Source of the DNA: Pocillopora damicornis
Lineage: Eukaryota
Length of the DNA stretch: 64,000 nt
Direction of reading: 5' to 3'
NCBI RefSeq assembly: GCF_003704095.1
Contig: NW_020844152.1
Coordinates: forward strand, 1-64,000
A model generated the notes under the pieces. That model saw only the letters and a list, made by a program, of their open reading frames with translations. It was not told where the DNA came from and did no database searches. Made by a program: the position numbers and the translations under genes. Below, in pieces: positions 15,901 to 25,633 of this stretch; the stretch's first letter is position 1; every line of letters starts with the position of its first letter.

Positions 15901-16981
15901 NNNNNNNNNNNNNNNNNNNNNNNNNNNNNNNNNNNNNNNNNNNNNNNNNNNNNNNNNNNNNNNNNNNNNTGATGGCTTACGTCCTCCCTTGCATCTCCTA
16001 TTCACATTCTCAGGTAAGTAACCCTCCCAAAACAGTGGATGAGATTCAGGTAGATGCTGATAGAAGCACAGCATAGCATTTACAAAATACAGGTTCTTCT
16101 CGTTTGTAGGGCGTCGTGTGACATTTGCAATCCTGGCTCCTGAACGATCACTGCAGCTTGATCAAAAGCCATTTTAAAAACGACCGCATTAATACATTTA
16201 AAAGATGTTGAACAATCTTACCGTACGCATATTCAGCAAAGACATAAAACGATAGCCTTTACGATCTAAACTCTTGGTCTCCTAATCAGTTTTAAATTGA
16301 GGGGAGGGGCAATCAGTTCAAGAGTAGTACGCATTTGTATAATTTACTTGAAGAAATTAAGCAACACCTAGAGCGAATATAAATTAAGCTAGCCTGATTC
16401 CCCGGTGAAAACGGTCAATAAACAAGCACGGCCCTTTGTTAGCATCCGAACTGGGTAAATAATAGCAACAACGGTTTTGCAACACTCTGCGAAACATGTG
16501 CGTCGAAAGTTGGTAATTTGGAATTGTTATGTTACACATCATATGTCCCTCAAAAAATTTTGCGCAAACGTTTTTTAAACTTTCTCTTGGGAGGATTTCA
16601 GCTGCCGAAAGAGATTGAAAACAATTCGAGCGCCGAACTTTGTAGGGCAAACAAAGTTCAGTGAGGTCAAAACAAAATCAAAGTCTTCGTAAGAGAAGTG
16701 CAGGCCTTCAATTTTTCAAGCGGGTAGCGGGAAAATGATGCTTCACATGTATAGCTACTGATTCAATCGATTTAAAATTTTCAATTTCGCTATAATTAGC
16801 CACATCATTAAATGCTTTTACGTGTAGCTCGAAAGGTCAACGAAGCAAATCAATAACCTGTGTACAGATTTATGCAAGACCCAGATAAGCGAGTAACTTA
16901 CCAAGCGACCAGGAAAACGATTCCAATGACTAATGCAATCCATAAATGTTCAAATTCTGCAACATTTTTAACAAAATCCAT
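9907..16981 (-). CDS. Cytochrome P450, CYP3 clan (CYP3A-like)
   Basis: Exons 16981-16902 (TM anchor), [exon 2 presumably in gap 15870-15969], 15749-15691, 15110-15008, 14846-14730, 14520-14432, 13751-13612, 13144-12996, 12696-12469, 11618-11530, 11118-10981, 10668-10506, 9984-9907. Motifs: WxxxR (WRRIR), I-helix AGYETT, ExLR (EALR), PERF, heme FGTGPRSCIG. Confidence 0.95.
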
Positions 16982-18274
16982 CGTCAGAAAATAGGCTAGC
17001 TCGACCAAACCAACTTCACCACAATATGTAGAACGACCCTGCGCTTGGTTATAGAGTTATGCTAATAAGTCTTCCTCGCACTGGGACCACAGGCGTGAGA
17101 GCGTGACGTTTTCAAAAACAGCTGTGGGTCACGCGTGCCTAGCTCGCGAGATGGTCTGAAAGAAGCTACTTTGCGAGACCAGAGGTAATTCGCGCGCGAT
17201 ACCTTGAAAAAAGCCGCAAACCAATTTTCCAGTGATAAAATGGATGATCCATCGCAGTCCTCAAAGTAGAGGATATATTCTTTCCGTACGACCGTGCCAG
17301 GGGATGTGTGACGGAAGACGCGAGTAAACGTATTTACCCGCGTTGGTATCTGAATGATTATTCTGTCCATTTCATTTCTGTGCGGAAGCAGAGATTCTAG
17401 CAAAATATTATTTTGATCCTTTCTCAGCCACCTGTAAGGCTGCTTTAAACACCTGTTGGATTGTCACGCAATATTCACAAGGAAGAACCGCGTGACGAGT
17501 GTTTCAATCTGGCCGTAAACCTAAAGTATTTCAAGTTAATTGATTACCTCTTCAAGGCAAATTATTCTTCGAAAATGATTCTGATCTGCGATCGATGACG
17601 CTGCTAAGGTATGGAACAGTGAAGTATCGTTGACTATTTTTTGAATAAGTGATTCAAACAGTTGAAGTTGTTTCAGTAGCAGGTACCTTGGCCCAATTCC
17701 AAAAGAAAACTATTTGCAAAGCTAAGCGATTTCTAAACACTTACTAATAGCACGGCAAAATATCAAAACCTGTAAACAAGCAAAAAAACTGAATAAAAAA
17801 TAAGCCTGAAAAATTGAATACTGAATACTAAGAACAAGTCAGCTACCTTTTCTGCGCAAAATGATTTCCTGAACAAAATTGAGTTTACAATACTCGCTGG
17901 TAATGCACTTTAAACGTCTTTCACAAACGAACCTATAAATTACTTATTCCGAAGGATAAATAAGACGGCATTAATTTTTAAAAAGCCTCAAAGTTGTAGC
18001 GTCTTTCACGTACTTCAAGAAGATCCACGGCAATGGACGCACAAGTTGAAGACGAAACGCCTTCAAAGGGTTGTATTACCGTGTGCTTTGAACGCATATT
18101 TCAAAAGTTGATTGAGTGCACACCGAAATACATGTACTTCATCTTGGCATCTGATGGTTGAACTGTAGGAAAATCGCCTTCGTTTTGTTTTTTGTTTAAT
18201 TTGCGTTCAAAGAAACCTTTGGAACTGTATTCGGCGCTGGCGTCTGAACTGTACAACAAAAATCGCCATCAAAA

Positions 18275-21200
18275 ATGGCCTTACGACTTCACAACACCAG
18301 ACTAGTTGATGGCGGAATCTGTTGTTTTAATTTTATCTTTGAGGAGTTTTCCAGTATTGGAGAGAAAGTCTACTCAAGGCCCTTCTTTTTTGCCGGATCT
18401 CGATGGCGTTTACAAGGTGGAGTGAAAGGAGGACAGTTTGGTGTATTTCTCCGCTGGCTTGGAGGTGGGCAGCATACTGATAAAGTTAAATGCAATATCC
18501 GTTTCTCTGTGGAAGTTATCAACAACAGAGACCCTTCAAGCTCTGTACGGGTAGGAAATATGACAGAACCAGATGAGTTCCCAAGAGTAGCCTTCGGCAT
18601 TGGCTGGAGCAAGTTACTGTCTGTGGAGGAAATCGAGAGGCCCAATTCGGGCTTTCTGGACGATAACTCTTTGTTCCTGGAAGTCAAATGTTGCATGGTG
18701 CACTTTTTATTTGAGGATAAGCTGGTGATTAATTTGTCATCTCGTACTAGTTACGTGTCCAGTTCAAAATTTTCTCTGTTCGGCGAAGAATGGTACCTTG
18801 TATTGTATCCTAGAGGAGAACCCAAGAGTGACAATTCTGAAAGCCAAAAACAAGAGCACGCTGCCGTGTATCTTCACAGAGAAGAACCAGGCGTGTTAAG
18901 ATTCAAGGCCACTTACTCCATATTTGTGCGAGGAGGCCGCGAGACGCAAGTCAGTCATCATTTCTGCAACAACAACGCCAGCACAGCATTTGGCATTGAG
19001 AAGTTTGCACGCACCAAAGATCTTAAGGCTGTCTCCAAAGGAGGCTTGGTTTCCATTGGGGTCAAAATCACCAGCATCGAGCCTTACTATTACTTTGGGT
19101 TTGACACACAGGGTTGGTCGCCTCCCAACAAACTTGGAGAAGGATGTTCTATAAACGACGTGTTCCCTTTGTTGCTAAAGCCGTGCTCGAATGACAAGAA
19201 AATGTTGGATTTTAGTCTGATGTTGGACCCTGGGCCAAAATTTGAACATGCAGAACTGGAGGATAGTGCTTACTACATGAAGATCCTTTGGAGTGTCAAT
19301 GTGGTGTGTGTTAAAGATTTTAACAGAAGTGTAACCGTCAACTCTTGGGATGTCGTTGGTAAGAGCGCTTTCTGTCACAGCCAGGATGAAATGACAATGA
19401 ATACAACTCTGGAGCTAAACGAGGTACTCTTCTATTCATTTAATAATCATAAATGTTTAAGCCACCCTACCTTGTACTCCTTCTACAAATCGTTTCAGCG
19501 GTACTGGACGTTTAGGCATTTCGATTCCAACGTTTCTATTCGTGCCACTTAATCTTGTGCGTATTGGAAACGGTTTCATTCCTTTTATCCCTTATTTGAC
19601 TTTGATTCATCATAGGAGTAGACTTTTCGCAACCCTCTACTTCACTGCATCTCTGTTACATCTTTTGAGCGTTCTTATAATTAAACTTCATAAAATCAGG
19701 AATTTGGGGGGGCGGGGGTCAGTCCAAATTTAGCGAAGAGTACGATCTCTAGACGGTTGAGACATTTTGTTATTGTTTACAGCGAATGGTTCTACCAAGG
19801 TATTCAGACAGTTCAGCCCCTTTATCCCCGAAGCAAAATGCAGCGAGACGATTCCATCAAATAAGAAATATAATCCCATCCAAATTAACGATATTGAAAC
19901 AAAAATGCAATGTACAGTACTACGACAAACAAATCATTGAATGTTTTATTGCTCCTTCCCCTAGGTGTTGAACCCGCATAGCCCCTACTTGGATGACGAG
20001 AAGAATTTGGGAGTTCGCCTTGTCATGGCAAATGCAAATGAAGTTTATGATCCACTCCTGATCAACTCTGACAAACACAGCGTGGCAAAGTTGAGAGAAA
20101 TGAACGCTCAGACAAAAGCTGCTGTGGAAAATTTCTGGTAAGATTAGTGTTGCAGGAAAAGCCTTTACAAAGAGGCAATCGACTTTTTTTCCTCACGAAA
20201 ACTTGTAAAAAAAAAATTAGAGAATCGCATGTTTTGAAATTTATTTACCTAAAAACAACGCAGCCGTGGTGGAAACGCATAATCAAATAAATATTTAATT
20301 GTTTGTCAGTTACGGTATCAGGTGGATTAGATAAAGATCATTACCATCCACTTATTTCATAGGAAGGATCAATTAGACGAAATTTATTCTGAGAAAGATA
20401 GAATAATAGCTGACAAAGAAGAAGAAATCGCAGCAAAAGAAGAGGAACTAAACCAAAAAGAGGCTGCTATTCAGGCACTGGAGAACGAGATTACTGAGAG
20501 CAATGAGTATCTGGCAGAAATTGAGAGCACTGTTGATGAGGTATGGCAAGCATCTATGCTGTGAGCTAAGGACATCAAAGAAAAATAACAAAAATCCCAC
20601 TCTTTAGGAGCCCAAAGAATATTCCACTCCACTTCCTACAAAATGTTTAAGGGAAATATTGCTGGTTTATGCTCAAACGAAAACACATGCGAACCCACGC
20701 ACAGGTAGCATGATCACACAGCCACGGAACAACCTGAAAGATAAGTTAACATCGCTTCCTCTTCTGAAAATGTTTCTATGTTATGATCTCTTGGTTTTTC
20801 CTCTGTACAGATTGACGGCAAGAAAGTGAGCAGTATAAAGGATCTCGTACAGGAAGCTCAACCAGATGAAGAAGAACTTACTAAGCAACAAGAAGTTGGA
20901 GAAAAATTGAAGGCATTTTTAATGGCGAGTGTTCATTAACATTGCCTTAACACTTAATATGTGAAACACTCAATGTGTCTTAATTCCAGTTTTCTTAAGC
21001 ACTAGCGAAAAAATTCCCCACGTGAAGGACTAAAGAATTGATTTATTTTTGTATGACCTAACAGGATCGCCTCCCATTCAGCGTCAGCCGTATTTCAGTT
21101 GTTGGAGCTGCAGGACAAGGAACTACTATCAAAGGCAACAAGGAATTAGAACTGGCCGTGTTTGTCAAAGGTTAAGTGTATGTTTAAATTCTCCCTTCGC

Positions 21201-24041
21201 CATCAAGGAGTCTATCGTTTGAAAATTTTAAAATCTGACCACCGATCCCTTATCAGTGATAAAAAACTAAGCTATTTACAAATTCCTGAGGTCAAAACTT
21301 AGCTAAGCATGAGGTCAAGAAGACTGTTGTTACATAACTGTGACAAAGCAACAGCCATGTGAAAAGAACTGACAAAGTCCCATTTGTTCATTAGATCTTC
21401 CTAGAACTGAGCATAAAAGTTGGTTGCCAGCCATAGTTTTCACTATCAAGACCCTGCTGAAACAAGAAGGATCTAAACCAACAGAGAGCACAGATGACAA
21501 CCAAACGACTTCAACACTGCCACCATGTTCAGACTTTGTTACTACCTCAACATCTGTCAAGTTCAAATGTGATAGTGTGGATGTAACAATTGACCCAATG
21601 AATGACTGGGAGCAAATGGGAGGATTCGTTGGTTTATATAAACAGTGCCTTTCCCAACCAGCAGATGCTCAGCCATTGTAAGTGCACCCACAAGACATTT
21701 AAAAGAGGCCCCTCCCATTTGAGTAACACCGTGGCAACTATTGAAAGGCCCCTGAACTGAGATGTCATAAGAACTATGAAAGTAACTTAAACAAAGTGTT
21801 TTGTCGAGAAATTCTATGATTGATCATTAAGTTAATTTATCCACTAATGAGATACGTTATAGTGATGTCATAATACTAATGTAAGTCATTTGTCAGCTAT
21901 GGACCTAGCCGACTCACTGGGTAAATATCAAATCGTTTCGTATACTTTATTATCTGAGCATTTCATAACAATGTAACTTCCTTTTAGGATTCAAACTCAG
22001 TTCTTATTGTCTGGCAGTAAAAGTCATCAATAAAGATGTTTGATAACAATGAACCAAAAACCCACAACTGACAAAACACAAAGGTCATACAGTGGAATTT
22101 TTTTCTAGGGGACTCTCTGAAAACTAGAAAAATTGACCCCATACATTTAGGGGACACACTCAGGACTTGAAAAATTGAGCGCCTCTTTCTATCTATTTTC
22201 ATCTTTATCTAGCTACTTATAAGAGAATCAAAGATTCAGGAGAATTACATTCTCCATCACATCACACATTAAATTGTAAAAATGTTTGCAGACTTGATCA
22301 TAATTCAAGGCACTCAAGAACACTGAGCTGATTAAAAATTTGTATGGAAACTTTCGTAAAGTTCAGCATACTCAACAGCTTATGCATATGTCAGAAATCA
22401 TTTTTTCCTTTCTCTTGTTTTAGTTATAACATCTGCGCCTGTGAAAGACAGACAGAATTTATTTCTATACAGAATCCAAAGGTATTGTTTGGACTGTGAT
22501 TCTATGCAGGGTTTTTCTTTATCTCTCTGACTTTTTCTCAATATTCAGACAACTCAACACTCTTTGGGAAGGTATATGAACATGGTATCTCTACAAAAAC
22601 TGTATAGATTTTGTTTCTCCCTTTTTTTTTTGCATCACTGAAACTTGAAAATAAATTTTATTTAGATAAAAGAACCTCTACCCTGATACCAAAAAGGTTT
22701 CACTTGGAAAAAAAAAATCAGAACAATGTTTCTATTTCTACATTAGTGCAAGGAGCTGATCCGTATTGTCAAGGTGTGGAGTAACAGCGTTGCCTGGCGG
22801 AATACCTCATCCACACCCAGTCAGTACCTGTTGTGTCTGCTGGTGACTGCAGCTTATCAAGTGGTTCACGAGTAAGTATTTTACAAGTTCAAAATCACGC
22901 TTGTTTCTGGTATTAACAACATGCAAAATACTTTTCACAAAAATGTATATTTTGAGGTGTTTTGGGGTTAAGAGATTAATCAATATGGAATGATACAAAT
23001 ATACAAACTCTTGAATGAGAAATTTACCAAGTTACTGTATAAAAGTTCCTGTAAAAGAAAATTTGCCAATTCTTTCCTTAGAGTCATCAGTTTTCTAAAA
23101 GAAAATTATCAAAAAGTGATTGTGCAATGGCTGCTTAAACATCTTAGTAAACGCAAGCTTAAAGTTTGTTCCTTTTTCATTCCATACAAATATTAAAATG
23201 CAAAGCAGTTGTGAACACCTTTATATATCTACATACCATGTGCTTCAATGTGTTATTATGCAATGGTTGAATTCTAAAGGGGAGGTGATCAGTCTCAAGC
23301 AGTAAGAGCAGACAAAGATGTTTTCTTGGAACTTGCTGACATGGTTGGAGATGAATCTTTAGAGTAAGTTTAATAGATACCAGTACACACAACTTTTTTT
23401 AGAAAAAAAGTATTTCATATTGCATGATATTAAGAGAAGACAGCAACAGCATTTCTAAAAGTTGATAAATCTATCTATAAAATATTTCAAATTATTAGAT
23501 ACAGACAATACACATCTTTAGAAATGTGGCTTCCCTTTATCTAACTATGAAAATGGATGAATTTTTAAGCAGAGCTTATTTACTTATTTATTTATCTAAA
23601 AAAATTTAGGCTGAAGGGATTTACACTTGGGTCACCACATGACATAACATTTCATTCCTCCATTTGTTAAGTTAAGTTGGTCAGTCAGTTGGAAGTTAGC
23701 TGGCAGTGAGTTGATCAGTGACTCAGAAACTCATTGATATTCATTCAGTTTTCCCATTACTCTGTCACCCATCCATCTATCCAGCCATTCATTCAATAAT
23801 TGACTCTTTAATTTAAAGATATTTCTGACACAATAGTTTTCATCTCATTTTATCCAGAGTCTACTGGAATGAATATTACCTGGTAGAAGACTATCCCAGG
23901 GAAAATTTTCCAGTTCTATTTCAACTTCCCATTGTTCAAGACCCTGCCATTCCAACACATAATGTGGCATCTGATGGACTAGAGGACTGGGCACAATTCA
24001 GGAGAGAACTGTCAAAATGGGTTGCAAAATTAACTCTTTGA
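18275..24041 (+). CDS. MATH(x3)-coiled coil-OAS-like nucleotidyltransferase fusion protein, 817 aa
   Basis: Exons 18275-19423, 19965-20137, 20363-20540, 20811-20924 (GC donor), 21065-21170, 21395-21677, 22424-22481, 22747-22871, 23280-23363, 23858-24041. All phases are compatible, total 2454 nt with no internal stop. MATH motifs: VYSRPFFFAGSRWRL...FGIGWSKLL and SSKFSLFGEEWYLVLYPRG...AVYL...FGIEKF; the third MATH is degenerate. OAS motifs: VSRISVVGAAGQGTTIKGNKELELAVF, CERQTEFISIQNPKCKELIRIVKVW, PSQYLLCLL, VYWNEYY, PIVQDPAIPTHNVA. Confidence 0.88.
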
Positions 24042-25436
24042 TACACTACATTGATATGTTGTAACATCATTCAGTTAATAAGCTCTGTAAATGTTTTTTG
24101 TAATCATAAATCTTCAGAAATGTAAGTTGGAAAACTGTAGTAATGCTGAGTTGATATGAGAAAAAAATGCAAAAAATTCACCTTTGAAGGTACATTGTAT
24201 CCTTAAGAGATAAGAGAACAGCTGCCATGAAGGATATAATTTGCTTTAAAAATCTTTGCCATAGTACTTTCTTAAATAGTGTTAGAATAAAAACACTTAA
24301 GAGACAATAGCTACAATGACTAGCACTAAAAAATATTTTAAGTGATTTAACCTGTGGATTTCATTCAAAGATAGTTCAATGATGTAACCTAAAAATTTAC
24401 ACATTGAACATAGGGGTAAAAACTTTAAATAAACAAGTAGTCAGTGACTCACTATTTAGTTCAATGAATTGCTTTTACTATTGGTATTTAGGGCCTTCTT
24501 CTAGTTATTATATTATTTTCTTTTTTTCATATGGATGCAGAAGGAAGAAATCTGTAAAATCAACAGCACAAACAATTTTTTTGTTTTTATAAAGACGTGC
24601 GTCTATATGATAAAATTGTGATTCCTATGTAGATTAAGTATCGTAATAGTTGTGAAATTTAACTGCCTCATCACTATTTTAATTTTTTAAGTATGAGCAT
24701 TTTGATGGATGATTTCTTTAATAAATGGTTTATCTACTGCTGGTAAACAGGTTTTATACTTGTGAACTTACATAAAACTCCATGAATTATGTAATTATTG
24801 AGTAGCAAAACAGTATTATAATTTATTACATTCCCATCAATATCATTGCCTATACTGTCCACATCTTGATCAAACATACTTTTCCAAATGGATGGAACTC
24901 AAAATTTTCTCCCTCTTGAAAAAAACATTTAAATTTGAAGACATTTGTCTAAACCAGAGTATATACTTAAAAGTGGAATAGCATATAGTCGCAATTTCTG
25001 ATACTCCATTAACACCATAATTAAACATAACCACTTTTATATAAATTTCTGTCTTCCACACTCAGACTGTACACAGCACATAAAACAACCTGCCCTATCT
25101 ACAATAGATACAACTTTCTACTTTTTTCTTCAGTAGATACAGCTACAAAGAGCTTTACCTACTGCAGATAGTGAAAATAGCTCTACCCAATGTAGACAGT
25201 GTAGATAGCTGTATCTCCTGTTGTGAGTATAGGTTAAACGAAGTATCTGGCAGTGACTACCTGTACCAGTATATGCTCTCCTAGCCTGAGCACGGGATTG
25301 AATGGATGAAAATATCTTGATAACATGTTCCCATATTCCTTCGTCTTTTTCCTGTAATGTATAATTTGGCGGATGTACCATTTTTCGGCACTGTCTTTCT
25401 GTCAGCAAAACTTAACCATGTTCAAGAACCGCTATA

Positions 25437-25571
25437 CGCGAAATTCAGCTATCTATCAAGTGGTTTCGCGTTAGCTTTATATGAACTTACCCTACTCCGC
25501 TGACATTACCCTCAGGTCGCAGGTGATGTTCACCAATCAGAGGCTTTGTTAGAAGACGCGTGCTTTTCAAA
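25437..25571 (+). promoter_or_regulatory. Putative cell-cycle promoter (E2F-like, CCAAT, CHR-like sites)
   Basis: CGCGAAA 25437-25443, TTTCGCG 25464-25470, CCAAT 25533-25537 and TTCAAA (reverse CHR) 25566-25571, just upstream of the ATG at 25634. Confidence 0.4.
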
Positions 25572-25633
25572 CCGAACTCTTTCGACAACAAGCATCACAT
25601 CCAGTCAAAACAGAACTCGTTACAACCGAAAAC

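Noticed and set aside
16222-16281. Candidate CYP exon 2 or alternative first exon (…MSLLNMRT|gtaag)
   Set aside because: Phase is incompatible with exon 1 and the Pro-rich hinge is missing. The real exon 2 is probably in the 100-N gap.
16982-18274. NF-kB/ISRE sites upstream of the MATH-OAS gene; ORF 17062-17403
   Set aside because: Only partial GAAA-type matches, expected by chance in AT-rich DNA. The ORF has no homology or splice support.
19424-19552. C-terminal extension of the 425-aa MATH ORF
   Set aside because: Intron read-through past the donor at 19424. The spliced continuation (VLNPHSPYLDDEKNL) completes the third MATH-like domain.
21065-24041. Alternative assignment as a DZF (ILF2/ILF3) or cGAS-like domain
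   Set aside because: These share the NTase fold, but the QxEF..PK.K.LIR.VK.W, YW..YY and DPA.PT.NV blocks fit OAS better. A profile search is still needed to exclude them fully.
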